A DNA stretch of 50,234 nt. Origin: Spirosomataceae bacterium. Its GTDB lineage: Bacteria > Bacteroidota > Bacteroidia > Cytophagales > Spirosomataceae. Of this stretch, positions 7,402 to 18,191 are shown piece after piece (position 1 is the first letter of the stretch; each line of letters starts with the position of its first letter). The stretch is from NCBI GenBank assembly GCA_049241065.1, contig JBMLRK010000446.1, positions 1,431-51,664 of the forward strand, written 5' to 3'. The notes beneath the pieces are model-generated. The model did not search any database. It was not told where the DNA came from and saw only the letters and a program-made list of their open reading frames with translations. Position numbers and translations under genes: made by a program.

Positions 7402-10400
7402 CTAAAAATCATAACCTAATGTCCAATAGCTGACAGGTGTTTTTATCGTTTTATCTTCGATACCCCAAGCTAAATCAAACTTGAAGAAATAGCCCAAAAC
7501 GGTTGTTCTAGCACCAAATCCATAACCTATCAAGAACGGACTTCTAAAGTCGGTCACAGTTACACGATAAGCAGAACTTCCTGATGAGGTAGTTGCTGGC
7601 AATTCGTAGGTATTGAACCCATTTTTACGAGCAAAAGGGTTTGTACCTGTCCATGCAGTACCAATATCGGTAAAAGCTATCAACTGTAAATTCTTGAAGA
7701 AGTTATCATGAATTGGTCCATTGTACAAATACTTCGCAATCGGTAAACGAGCTTCTAAATTCACCAAAACATTACTTGTACCAGACATTTTATTAGCATT
7801 AAAGCCTCTCAATGGCGTTGAATAATCTAGCAAATATAAATCGCCACTCGTATTGTTGGTATTGAATGGATTGTTTACATTATTTCTAGTTTCGTAGGTA
7901 CAATTCAACCAATTATCCATTCCACCCATTACGGTTTGTTTGGCAGATTCTCCAAAAGAAGTTCCGCCCGATAATCGTCCTGCTAGGGTAAATCCTTTCC
8001 CAAAACGTTGATAATGACGCAAGTCGATATAAAACTTACCGTATCCATCTTGTTTACTTGCCATTCCTAAATAGTTCTCTAAACGAGCTCTAAAACGAGT
8101 TCCTGCGAGTTGGTTTAAACCATAACTGATGGTATTATCAAAAACAAATTCTAGTCCTGCCCCAGCATAATCAGCCACTTTATCAGGAATATTTAACTCG
8201 TACATATCCTGAAAACGATTTACGGTATAGGAAGTCGTAAATGTTAAGCGAGCATTGGTACTGAATGGATAAGAAGCCGAAAATGCCAAACGGTTAAATT
8301 TATACTTACGATTCGTGGAATCTGTTTCTTCAGCAGTAACTCGACGATCAAAGCGTACTTTGTAATCAATACGTTTTGCTAAATAGGCATATTCTGCCCA
8401 AAGGTCAAGATTTTTAAGATTGGGCGTAATAAACATTCCCGTTTTGAGGTGATGATTTTCCAATAAATCATTCATATTCAAAGCTCCACGAAGCCCTATA
8501 CCTCGTTGAGGAAGGGGATCTACCACAAAATCACTTTCTGTTCCGTTTACCACAAAAGGATTATTGTAGTCCACTGGCCCTTTTATTTTGATATTATCTT
8601 TTTTATTAAGACGACTTGCTGAAAGTTTTTCCACCTTTGTTTTCTTATCCGTTTTAGACGTATTAGGAGTCGTATTCGGAGTGGTTGATGTCGTCTTTGT
8701 ATTCGATGTTTCAAACTGATAGTTATCGGTGTCTATTTCCCCTTTTTCTAAGTTAAATACACTTGGTTTGATAGACTCTACCTCATTAGCTTTGGGCAAA
8801 GTAGCAACAACTTTGGTATCGTTTGGCGATTTCTCTACCTCTTGCGTAATACCAAACAGTCGAACGTTGCGTTGGCTATAAATGGCTTGATTTTTAATAC
8901 CTAAATCAGGTGTAGCTAAATATGCCAATACCTCTTTACCGTTTTCTAGGAAAGAATATACCAAACTGTTTGTTTTAGGAGTATAGTCAAAATCATTCAC
9001 ATCCGTTCTGAAAATACTCACCTGATTTGGGCTATTTTCTCCAGCAATCAAGCGATAAATGTTTTTAACCCCTTTCTCATCGCTCAAGAAATAAACAGTT
9101 CCTCCATCTGCCACAACAGGCTTCGAGATTGTTCCGAGCGAATCTACTAAGATTTTCACCACGTCAGATTTCTCTTTGCCATCGTGTAAACATAAATTGT
9201 ATTGACTTGCCAACTGTTTAAAAGTCGGTTTATCCACATTGAGCGAATCTCGTTTTCTGTTAGACACAAATATCAACTTTCCTGCATTTCCTACAAATTG
9301 CGGACTAAGGTCATCAAATAGGTCGTTGGTCAGTTGTTTCACTCCACCACGAGCCACATCAAAGAGATACAAATCGTTTTGCCCTTTCTTCAATCCACTT
9401 AGAGCGATACTTGTTCCGTTGTCGTTAATATCAAAATCGGTAACCTGTGTAAAACCTCCAAGTGCTTTACGAGCAGCATACTTTCCTGTTAAATCTTTTT
9501 CAGAAACATCGGTATAAAGATTCAGCATTACTTTCCCCTCCTCTTCATAAACAATGGCTAATGTTCCGCCCTTAGTCCAAGACAATAGCGGTGTATGTTT
9601 ATCAATTGACTGATGTAATGTTTTGTGACCCGTAGTGAAAACCGTTGCTTTCTCTTTTGTTTTCAGATTCATGACGGTCACGGTGGCACGCCCCAATTCG
9701 TTTTGAGAATAAGCAAGTAACGTACCTTCTGCATTGATTTTGAAGGAATTTATTTTATCCAAACTGTTCATATCTTTCTCTAGCACTGCGTACGTTAAGG
9801 CTGGAGCTTGATATTTACTGTTCAATAAAATTAGCCCGTCCGAATAATAATCACGCCATTCTTTCAGGAAACGCACATACGACAGCCCTAGCGTACTCGC
9901 TACAGAGGTTTGTTCGTTACGAATGATTCGAGTAAGGTTCAGGATATTGGAGATATTATCTTTGCCGTAGCGTTCTACAATAAAGTTCCAGATTGACTGC
10001 CCAACAAGCGTTGCTTCTTGTCCTTTAGTTAAACTAGGTCTGCGAATATACTTTTGCTGAATGGCATCGTTCATGTAGGCATCCATTTCGGTAGTCCAAC
10101 CATCTGCAATATAGGCAGCAATACCACTGGTAAACCATTCAGGAACGCTCAATAAAAGTGAGTTTTGAAAAGACTCCTTCAAGCTACCGCCGTAAAGCAT
10201 ATCGTACACATACACTTTAGCCATTTCACGTACAATATCCTTTTTGAAATCAAGAGCATTTCCTGAGTATGCCAATTCGATACGAGCCTTCGCTAGGTTT
10301 TCTTCATGTACCTGACGGTCGCTCCCCAAGCTCAAACCTACATTACTTTGGTTTAAATCTTGAACAGAGGTATAGATAAAAAGCTTGGTTTTTGTAAAAG

Positions 10401-10644
10401 GAGAATAACCAATAATATCAGTCACACGGTCAAACTCACTTTCTGCCAAATTTGCAGCAAGTGTTGCCGTTTCCTGACCACCATCGTAGAAATAGATTTC
10501 AAAATTTTGTGTAGTAAGTACTTTCCATTCAAATGAACGGTATTGAATACGGTTTTTCCCGAACGGTTCTTGCGTCGGGAAATGGTTTTGTGCTTGAATA
10601 ATTCCAGAAAGGAATATTAGAAACAAGAGTAATCCTTTTTTCAT
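7402..10644 (-). CDS. Large outer-membrane protein: N-terminal globular domain, PD40/TolB-like beta-propeller repeats, Thr/Pro/Asn linker and C-terminal Omp85 (D15)-like beta-barrel
   Basis: 1080 aa with a signal peptide. It has repeated ...G..L.F.S...G..NLY-type blades (for example NGTSIALSGLKKGQNDLYLFD and GGTVYFLSDEKGVKNIYRL). The C-terminal region alternates beta-strands and ends in ...WTLGYDF (terminal aromatic). No POTRA-like N-terminus is evident. Confidence 0.65.
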   Translation of the reverse strand: MKKGLLLFLIFLSGIIQAQNHFPTQEPFGKNRIQYRSFEWKVLTTQNFEIYFYDGGQETATLAANLAESEFDRVTDIIGYSPFTKTKLFIYTSVQDLNQSNVGLSLGSDRQVHEENLAKARIELAYSGNALDFKKDIVREMAKVYVYDMLYGGSLKESFQNSLLLSVPEWFTSGIAAYIADGWTTEMDAYMNDAIQQKYIRRPSLTKGQEATLVGQSIWNFIVERYGKDNISNILNLTRIIRNEQTSVASTLGLSYVRFLKEWRDYYSDGLILLNSKYQAPALTYAVLEKDMNSLDKINSFKINAEGTLLAYSQNELGRATVTVMNLKTKEKATVFTTGHKTLHQSIDKHTPLLSWTKGGTLAIVYEEEGKVMLNLYTDVSEKDLTGKYAARKALGGFTQVTDFDINDNGTSIALSGLKKGQNDLYLFDVARGGVKQLTNDLFDDLSPQFVGNAGKLIFVSNRKRDSLNVDKPTFKQLASQYNLCLHDGKEKSDVVKILVDSLGTISKPVVADGGTVYFLSDEKGVKNIYRLIAGENSPNQVSIFRTDVNDFDYTPKTNSLVYSFLENGKEVLAYLATPDLGIKNQAIYSQRNVRLFGITQEVEKSPNDTKVVATLPKANEVESIKPSVFNLEKGEIDTDNYQFETSNTKTTSTTPNTTPNTSKTDKKTKVEKLSASRLNKKDNIKIKGPVDYNNPFVVNGTESDFVVDPLPQRGIGLRGALNMNDLLENHHLKTGMFITPNLKNLDLWAEYAYLAKRIDYKVRFDRRVTAEETDSTNRKYKFNRLAFSASYPFSTNARLTFTTSYTVNRFQDMYELNIPDKVADYAGAGLEFVFDNTISYGLNQLAGTRFRARLENYLGMASKQDGYGKFYIDLRHYQRFGKGFTLAGRLSGGTSFGESAKQTVMGGMDNWLNCTYETRNNVNNPFNTNNTSGDLYLLDYSTPLRGFNANKMSGTSNVLVNLEARLPIAKYLYNGPIHDNFFKNLQLIAFTDIGTAWTGTNPFARKNGFNTYELPATTSSGSSAYRVTVTDFRSPFLIGYGFGARTTVLGYFFKFDLAWGIEDKTIKTPVSYWTLGYDF

Positions 10645-10819
10645 CTGATTATAATGTCAGTTGTTCTCAATGGTATTGACTAGGACGCATAGTCGGAACG
10701 CCAAAACGCATCCTTCACCTATCAACATCTTGAAATGAGCTTTTCATAAGAAAAATATGCCATCCTCCCTTTTACATGAAGGGTAGGCAACTACGAAATG
10801 ATTTACCAATTTAGCCATT

Positions 10820-11893
10820 TCACTCCGTATAAAACGAAACATACCGATTAATATTGACCTCTGGATTAAGTTCTTTTTCTGATAATAAGAAATCAGCCAT
10901 TTCTTTGGCAAAATAAGGAGCAAGAGACACGCCTTTTGAACCCATTCCATTAAAAATAGCCAACTGTGAAAACTTAGGATGAAGTCCTAAAAAAGGTCTC
11001 CTATCTTTGGTGGCTGGCCTTACACCTGCCAAATGTTCAATGACTTCACAGTCGGGTTTCATCAACTTTTTATACTTGGTTAATAACTCTGCTTTAGCAC
11101 TCTCGGTAGGAATTCCATCGAGCGAGTGCCAACTGTAGGTTGCTCCCACTCTATAATGCCGATTGCCCAATGGAATCACAAACACACCCTGATTTATGAT
11201 TTCTTCAAAATCTTGTTCCATCGTCACGGTTAATACTTCTCCTTTCACCGAAGTAAAGGGCAACCAATTAAAAAATGGATTATGTCGAGCATGGTCTCCT
11301 TCACAAAAAATGAGTTTTTTAAAACTAATTTGTAAACCCTCCTCTTCATAGACCAGTTGCTCAGGCAAAACGTTGTTTAAGTTGAGCTGAATTTCTTTTA
11401 AAATACCTTTTTCGAGAAAAAACGAACGAAATGCCTTGAGCATTTTGGGTAAATCTAACCACCCCGAATGACTTGTCGTTACGCCTCCCAACTCATATTG
11501 CACCAATTCTTGATAAGCCTCTCCGTCAAACTGAACCGTTCCAAAACCAGCAAAGCCGTCCGTAGCTCCCTCCTGTTTAAAAATGTCTTGAATCTGAACA
11601 TTTGAAAAGGGACGATAAATAGGTAAGGGATAAAAAAAGGAATCCCCTAGTACTTCTTCTAATTCTGTATAAAAGGAAGCTAAAAAAGGAAATAGTTCAT
11701 CGGCCATCCAAGTCTTTGTCAACTTTTTACCCGTCACAGGATTATAAATACCTCCTGCAACTTTAGACGAAGAAGCCATACTCGGATCATCAAGCACGAT
11801 AACCGACTGCCCTTGTTTCCAAAGTGAATAAGCCAATACAGAACCCGATAAGCCCTGCCCTACGATTACAAAATCAGAAGAATACTGTTCCAA
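10820..11893 (-). CDS. FAD-dependent oxidoreductase (DAO/glycine-oxidase-like family)
   Basis: 357 aa with an N-terminal dinucleotide fold DFVIVGQGLSGSVLAYSL...VIVLDD. Confidence 0.75.
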   Translation of the reverse strand: MEQYSSDFVIVGQGLSGSVLAYSLWKQGQSVIVLDDPSMASSSKVAGGIYNPVTGKKLTKTWMADELFPFLASFYTELEEVLGDSFFYPLPIYRPFSNVQIQDIFKQEGATDGFAGFGTVQFDGEAYQELVQYELGGVTTSHSGWLDLPKMLKAFRSFFLEKGILKEIQLNLNNVLPEQLVYEEEGLQISFKKLIFCEGDHARHNPFFNWLPFTSVKGEVLTVTMEQDFEEIINQGVFVIPLGNRHYRVGATYSWHSLDGIPTESAKAELLTKYKKLMKPDCEVIEHLAGVRPATKDRRPFLGLHPKFSQLAIFNGMGSKGVSLAPYFAKEMADFLLSEKELNPEVNINRYVSFYTE

Positions 11894-11939
11894 AAGAATA
11901 GATGTTTGAAAATGGGTAATTTTATAACTAATCTAAAAC

Positions 11940-12620
11940 CTATTTTGACAATGCTGCGTCGTGCTGATGAATGACAAATTCAACCTGCTCTTCTAAGGTC
12001 ATAAAAGACGTATCCATCAAAATAGCATCGGCTGCTTGTAACAAAGGGCCTTCTTCACGAGTGGAGTCAATAATATCACGCTTTTGGAGGTTCTCTAAAA
12101 TTTCGTCTAAATCAATGATTTCCCCTTTATCCAATAACTCCTTCTGACGACGCTCAGCACGGACAACAGGATCAGCAGTCATAAAGACCTTCACCTCTGC
12201 ATCAGGGAAAACCTTTGTTCCAATATCCCTTCCGTCCATGACAACTCCACGATGTTTTGCCATTTTTTGTTGTTGAGCGACCATTGATTTTCGAACAGCC
12301 GTAATCGCACTTACCTCACTCACTAATTGCGAGATATACATTTTACGAATTTCAGCTTCCACATTAAGCCCATTCAAAAAAACATCACTTGCTCCTCTAT
12401 CCTCATTAAACTGAAATGTTATATGAATGTTTTCCAATGCCTTAGCAACTTCAATCGGATTCGTCAAGGCAATATGATGTTCGTGAAAATATAGACTAAC
12501 TGCTCGATACATCGCTCCTGTGTCTATAAAAGCATAGCCTAATTTAGCCGCTACCCGTTTAGCAGTCGTACTTTTTCCACAACTTGAATGTCCGTCAAGA
12601 GCAATAATGATTTTTTTCAT
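11940..12620 (-). CDS. cmk: Cytidylate kinase
   Basis: 226 aa. IIALDGHSSCGKSTTAKRVA...FIDTGAMYRAV and GRDIGT motifs. Confidence 0.92.
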   Translation of the reverse strand: MKKIIIALDGHSSCGKSTTAKRVAAKLGYAFIDTGAMYRAVSLYFHEHHIALTNPIEVAKALENIHITFQFNEDRGASDVFLNGLNVEAEIRKMYISQLVSEVSAITAVRKSMVAQQQKMAKHRGVVMDGRDIGTKVFPDAEVKVFMTADPVVRAERRQKELLDKGEIIDLDEILENLQKRDIIDSTREEGPLLQAADAILMDTSFMTLEEQVEFVIHQHDAALSK

Positions 12621-12697
12621 GAGGTATACTATTTAATGTAAAGATAGCTAACTTGGTAAGAAGTTAACAGATTATACTAATTCAAAACAGTAGCAAT

Positions 12698-14365
12698 ATG
12701 CAAATAGAAGGCAATATCATTGATATATTCAACAAAAAAATATTTTTTGGTTCACTCCAAGTTGAGGGAAAAAAGATTGAAAGTATTCAAGAACTATCCC
12801 CTAATATAAACCCAAATTATCCTTACATCTGTGCGGGCTTCGTAGATGCTCACGTACACATTGAAAGCTCAATGCTCACTCCCATTCAGTTTGCTCGTTT
12901 GGCGGTAGTTCATGGTACTGTAGCGACGGTCTCTGACCCACACGAAATCGGAAATGTACTCGGAAAAGAAGGCGTAGAATACATGATTCATAATGGCCGC
13001 AAGACACCTTTTAAGTTTTGTTTTGGAGCTCCATCCTGCGTACCTGCTACAACGTTCGAAACAGCAGGAGCAACCATTACGCCCGAAGACATTCAATATC
13101 TCTTCGAAAACTACACTGAAGTAGGCTATCTGGCTGAGGTGATGAATTTCCCTGGCGTTTTAAATCAAGACCCCGATATGATGGCAAAAATAGCCTTAGC
13201 CCAACAATTTGCGAAACCAGTAGATGGTCATGCACCAGGACTACGAGGCGAAGCCGCCAAACGTTATATCGAAGCAGGTTGTCAGACAGACCATGAATGT
13301 TTTACGATTGAAGAAGCACTCGACAAGTTACAATATGGTATGAAAATTCTTATTCGAGAAGGATCTGCTGCTAAAAACTTTGAGGCGTTAATTGACTTAC
13401 TTCCCGAACACTTTGAACAATTAATGTTTTGTTCGGACGATAAACACCCAGATAGCCTAGTAGAAGGCCATATCAATCAGTTAATTCAGAGAGCATTAGC
13501 AAAATATCCAGATCTCTTGTTTGAGACCTTACAAGTTGCCTGTGTAAATCCTGTTACACACTATCAACTACCTGTTGGACTGTTACGTAAGGGAGATTAT
13601 GCCGACTTTGTCATTATTAATAATCTTACAGAATTTAGGATTATTCAAACATATTTAAATGGTCAACTAGTAAGCGATGCGGGGGAAACACTTATCGAAA
13701 ACCTGCCAAGTGAAGTGGTTAACCAATTTGAATGTCAACTAACAACAGCAAGCGATTTTGAGGTTGAAGCACTAGGAACAAAGATCAATGTGATTGAAGC
13801 AATCGACGGTCAACTTATTACCAAGTCAGGAATTTATGATGCTAAAATCGTAGAAAACTGTGTAGTGAGCGATATTGAACAAGATGTGCTAAAAATCGTG
13901 GTTTTGAACCGATATAAACCAGAAAAACCAGCCATTGCATTCATTAAAAATTTTGGATTATTTGAAGGAGCAATTGCGTCAACAGTAGCTCATGATTCGC
14001 ATAACATCATCGCTGTAGGGGTGGATGACTCTTGCATTTGCAAGGCCATTAACCTATTGATACAAGCTCAAGGAGGAGTATCAGCAGTGGATAAAAATGG
14101 GGTAGAAAAGGTGTTAGCCCTCCCAATTGGTGGACTAATGTCTGGCGAAGAAGGCTATAGCGTTGCAGAGAACTACTCAAAGATCGACCAATTTGCAAAA
14201 CAGTTAGGTAGTAAACTGACTTCTCCCTACATGACACTATCATTTATGGCATTATTAGTAATTCCCGAAATAAAATTATCGAATTTTGGACTTTTTGATG
14301 GAAAAAGTTTTGCATTTACCAATTTGTTCGCTAACTTGAATCAACAAACTAAAAACACTGTGTAA
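12698..14365 (+). CDS. ade: Adenine deaminase
   Basis: 555 aa. Amidohydrolase metal motif GFVDAHVHIESSMLTP and the Ade-type C-terminal domain. Confidence 0.88.
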   Translation: MQIEGNIIDIFNKKIFFGSLQVEGKKIESIQELSPNINPNYPYICAGFVDAHVHIESSMLTPIQFARLAVVHGTVATVSDPHEIGNVLGKEGVEYMIHNGRKTPFKFCFGAPSCVPATTFETAGATITPEDIQYLFENYTEVGYLAEVMNFPGVLNQDPDMMAKIALAQQFAKPVDGHAPGLRGEAAKRYIEAGCQTDHECFTIEEALDKLQYGMKILIREGSAAKNFEALIDLLPEHFEQLMFCSDDKHPDSLVEGHINQLIQRALAKYPDLLFETLQVACVNPVTHYQLPVGLLRKGDYADFVIINNLTEFRIIQTYLNGQLVSDAGETLIENLPSEVVNQFECQLTTASDFEVEALGTKINVIEAIDGQLITKSGIYDAKIVENCVVSDIEQDVLKIVVLNRYKPEKPAIAFIKNFGLFEGAIASTVAHDSHNIIAVGVDDSCICKAINLLIQAQGGVSAVDKNGVEKVLALPIGGLMSGEEGYSVAENYSKIDQFAKQLGSKLTSPYMTLSFMALLVIPEIKLSNFGLFDGKSFAFTNLFANLNQQTKNTV

Positions 14366-14918
14366 AGAAATCATTAAGCAAGTAGAATTACTTATCCTCT
14401 CATCAAGGTTTTTAACGATTTTTAGCATAGAATATAAACTAATGAACACGGTCAACAAGCTTAAAACTACTATCCACATTGACAGGATAAATGTTCGGTA
14501 TTTTATTACTACACAACAAAGAAAAAACTATCTAGCATTGTATGTTCACACTTCCTAAGGGAAGTCATCCTTTAATCATTCAGGGACTCTTTTTTTTGTA
14601 CTTTTCCACTATACCTTACATAGTGGTAGCATGGTGCTTTTTCTATTTTTCTCTAAATCTCCTTAAATACTAACTTGTACTGATACGGGTAATTATAACT
14701 ATTTAGGTTTCAATAATACTCAACTCCTTATCTGTTAAAACGTGTTGACATCGTATGTATTGAGAAGTGATTATGTAGTACACATATCATTTCCTAGTCA
14801 TAACCCAAATGCCCAAATGCAGTAGATAAAGTCAAATTTTCTAGTAATTAAATTTACTACGGCTTGCAACTGTTGGGCGAAAGAATTTTCCATCAAATAA
14901 TTAAAACTAAAAACAAAC

Positions 14919-17900
14919 ATGAGAAAACTATTACTGATTAGCACCGTGTTGTTTTTTGCTCTAATAGGGCAAGTGGCAGCACAAACTAGGCAAGTAACAG
15001 GAAAGGTAACCTCTTCGGAAGATGGTTCACCTGTGCCAGGCGTTAACATTTCGGTTAAAGGAACCAACAAAGGAACAATCACAAGTGGTGACGGTACTTT
15101 CTTAATTTCGACAGGAAATGGTTCTAACTTGATATTCTCTTCTGTAGGCTACGTATCACAAACCATTGCGGTAGGTTCTCAATCGGTAATCAATGTACAA
15201 TTGGTATCAAGTACTGCAACGTTATCAGAGGTAGTGGTAACTGCTTTGGGTGTGTCTAGAGAGAAGAAATCACTAGGATACGCATCGCAAGAGGTAAAAG
15301 GTGATGCCGTTAATACAGCTAAGGAAAGTAACTTCATCAACTCGTTGTCAGGTAAAGTTTCTGGGGTTGAAATCAAACGTAACAACAACATGGGTGCTTC
15401 AACAAACATCGTTGTACGTGGTTTCAAATCATTAACAGGTAACAACCAAGCCTTATTCGTTGTAGATGGTGTACCAGTAGATAACTCAAATACGACTTCT
15501 ACAAACACTTCAACAGGTCGTGGTGGTTATGATTATGGTAATGCGGCATCAGATATTAACCCTGATGACATTGCTTCAATCAACATCTTGAAAGGTGCAG
15601 CTGCAACAGCACTATACGGTTCAAGAGCTGCAAATGGTGTTGTTATGATTACAACTAAAAAAGGTGCTAAAAACCAAGGATTAGGTGTATCAGTAAGTGC
15701 TGGTTACAGTGTTGGAACAATCGATAAAAGCACATTCCCTAAATACCAAAACCAATATGGTGGTGGATACGGTTTGTATTACGAAGATCCAACTTCTCGT
15801 TTCTTATACCGTGATATCAACGGCGATGGAACAGATGATTTAGTAGTTCCAATGGGAGAAGATGCTTCTTGGGGTGCTGCTTTTGATGCGACTAAACAAG
15901 TATATGACTGGCGTTCATTCGACCCATCTTCTTCATTATTTGGAAAAACAAGTCCTTGGACTGCTGCCCAAAATACTCCTGATAAATTCTTCAATGATGC
16001 GACTACATTCAATGGTAGTATTTCATTAGATGGTGGATCAGAAAACGGCTCATTCCGTATGTCTTACACTCGTTTTGATCAAAAAGGAATTCTACCAAAT
16101 AGTAGCTTACAAAAAAATAACTTCTCATTCTCGGGATCTCACGATTTCAGCAAGAAGTTAACAGCTACTACAAGCATCAACTACGTTCGTCAAGATGCAA
16201 AAGGGCGTTATAGCAATGGTTATTCAGATAACATCATGTCAAGTTTCCGTCAATGGTATCAAACAAACGTTGACATTTTGGATTTGAAATCAGCATTTGA
16301 AAGAACAGGACAAAACATCACTTGGAACTGGACAGACCCTTCAGACTTAAAGCCTATCTATTGGGATAACCCTTACTGGCAACGTGCAAACAACTACGAA
16401 ACAGACTGGAGAAATCGTATTTTCGGTAATACCGCTTTAACATACAAAATCACAAAAGATATTGATGTAACTGGCCGTATCTCGTTAGATACATACAATG
16501 AACTTCAAGAAGAAAGAGTAGCAGTTGGTTCTATTAACAACGATGCAACAGCGATGTACTCTCGTTATGACCGTACTTTCAGAGAAATCAACTATGACTT
16601 GATTGGTAACATCAACAAAGATATTACGGAAGATTTCAATATTAAAGGATTGGTTGGTTTAAACATTCGTAATAATGAAGTAGCTAGTATCTACTCAAGT
16701 ACTCAAGGGGGTTTAGTTGTTCCGGGTATTTATTCATTATCAAACTCTGCTTCGGCTATTAGTGCACCTTCAGAAAACGCATATCAAATCTACCAAGAAG
16801 GTGTTTTTGCAAGTGCGTCTTTAGGATACAAGAATGAGCTATTCTTGGATCTTACGGCTCGTAGAGATGTTTCATCTACTTTACCAGTTGTAAATAATAC
16901 GTATTTCTATCCATCTGTGTCTGCTGCTTATATTTTCTCAAATCAATTAAGCAAAAGCTTACCAGCATTGTCATTTGGTAAATTAAGAGTAAACTATGCA
17001 GAAGTAGCAAACACAGCACCTGCTCAACGTTTATTAAATACGTATGTGAAGCCTGTTAACATTAGTGCAGGTACAAGAGATGCATTTGGAGGACAATCAT
17101 TATTTGCAATTAGTTCTATCCAAAATAACCCTGATCTTAAACCAGAACGTACTCAAAGTACTGAAATCGGTTTAGAGATGAAGTTTTTACAGAACAGAAT
17201 TGGCTTTGATGTAACAGCGTACAGAACCCTTTCTATCGACCAAATCATGGACGTTGCGATTTCTAAATCAACTGGATATGATAAGAAATATGTAAATGCT
17301 GGTACTATTGAAAACAAAGGTATTGAAGCTTCAGTATTTGCAATTCCAGTACAAACAAAAGATTTGTCGTGGAAAGTAACAGTGAACTATACGATCAACC
17401 GTAACAAAGTGGTTGAATTATACGATGGTGTAAGTAACTTACAATTAGCAGCATTCGGTGGTGGTGTAACGTTAAATGCAACAGTTGGTGAGCCTTATGG
17501 TGTATTGAAAGGAACAAACTTTGTTTACAAAGATGGACAAAAAGTAGTGGCTTCTACAGGGTATTATGCTCAAACGGACGCAACAAGCGTAATTGGTAAT
17601 GTAACACCTAATTGGAAAATGGGTGTAAACAACACCCTTACATATAAAGACTTGTCTTTAGGTTTCTTGATTGATATTCAAAATGGCGGTAGTGTATTCT
17701 CACTTGATCAATACTATGGTTTAGCAACAGGTTTATATGCTGAAACTGTTCCATTGAACGATTTAGGCAAGCCAGTAAGAAGTGCAATTGCTGATGGTGG
17801 TGGATATATCGCCCCTGGTGTATTAGCAGACGGTACTCCAAATACAAAACGTGTTAGTGGCGAAAACTATGGTTTATTTGGCTATAGAAGAAACCCAGCA

Positions 17901-18164
17901 GGTGGCTTTGTATATGATGCAAGTTATGTAAAATTAAGAGAGGTAACTATCACATATAAATTACCAACATCGTTATTTGGTGGTAAAAACTTCATCAAAG
18001 GAGCTACTTTATCAGCGGTTGGACGTAACCTTTGGATTATCAGCAAAAACTTACCGTATGCTGACCCAGAGGATGGTTTAACATCAGGTAACCTTTCAGG
18101 ATGGCAGTCAGGGGTTTACCCTTCTGTTAGAGAGATTGGTGGTAGCCTTAAATTCTCGTTCTAA
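14919..18164 (+). CDS. SusC/RagA-family TonB-dependent outer-membrane transporter (no STN signalling extension)
   Basis: 1081 aa. Signal peptide, carboxypeptidase-regulatory-like domain (GKVTSSEDGSPVPGVNISVKGT), plug (VVVTALGVSREKKSLGYA) and a barrel ending in LKFSF. Confidence 0.92.
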   Translation: MRKLLLISTVLFFALIGQVAAQTRQVTGKVTSSEDGSPVPGVNISVKGTNKGTITSGDGTFLISTGNGSNLIFSSVGYVSQTIAVGSQSVINVQLVSSTATLSEVVVTALGVSREKKSLGYASQEVKGDAVNTAKESNFINSLSGKVSGVEIKRNNNMGASTNIVVRGFKSLTGNNQALFVVDGVPVDNSNTTSTNTSTGRGGYDYGNAASDINPDDIASINILKGAAATALYGSRAANGVVMITTKKGAKNQGLGVSVSAGYSVGTIDKSTFPKYQNQYGGGYGLYYEDPTSRFLYRDINGDGTDDLVVPMGEDASWGAAFDATKQVYDWRSFDPSSSLFGKTSPWTAAQNTPDKFFNDATTFNGSISLDGGSENGSFRMSYTRFDQKGILPNSSLQKNNFSFSGSHDFSKKLTATTSINYVRQDAKGRYSNGYSDNIMSSFRQWYQTNVDILDLKSAFERTGQNITWNWTDPSDLKPIYWDNPYWQRANNYETDWRNRIFGNTALTYKITKDIDVTGRISLDTYNELQEERVAVGSINNDATAMYSRYDRTFREINYDLIGNINKDITEDFNIKGLVGLNIRNNEVASIYSSTQGGLVVPGIYSLSNSASAISAPSENAYQIYQEGVFASASLGYKNELFLDLTARRDVSSTLPVVNNTYFYPSVSAAYIFSNQLSKSLPALSFGKLRVNYAEVANTAPAQRLLNTYVKPVNISAGTRDAFGGQSLFAISSIQNNPDLKPERTQSTEIGLEMKFLQNRIGFDVTAYRTLSIDQIMDVAISKSTGYDKKYVNAGTIENKGIEASVFAIPVQTKDLSWKVTVNYTINRNKVVELYDGVSNLQLAAFGGGVTLNATVGEPYGVLKGTNFVYKDGQKVVASTGYYAQTDATSVIGNVTPNWKMGVNNTLTYKDLSLGFLIDIQNGGSVFSLDQYYGLATGLYAETVPLNDLGKPVRSAIADGGGYIAPGVLADGTPNTKRVSGENYGLFGYRRNPAGGFVYDASYVKLREVTITYKLPTSLFGGKNFIKGATLSAVGRNLWIISKNLPYADPEDGLTSGNLSGWQSGVYPSVREIGGSLKFSF

Positions 18165-18191
18165 TTAAAATTCTCTGATTATTGACTCACT

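Noticed and set aside
8640-8720. Tandem-looking DNA repeat (cgtattaggagt/cgtattcggagt) inside the Omp85-like gene
   Set aside because: It simply encodes the Thr-Pro-Asn low-complexity linker (TPNTTPNT). It is not an independent repeat element.
10744-10950. 68-aa minus-strand ORF overlapping the 3' end of the FAD oxidoreductase gene
   Set aside because: It is an out-of-frame overlap with a supported gene, and there is no signal that it is coding.
14276-15082. ORFs 14276..14479 (-) and 14798..15082 (-) near the adenine deaminase end and the SusC start
   Set aside because: They are antisense to supported genes or lie in the leader. The translations are hydrophobic nonsense and no conserved motif is present.
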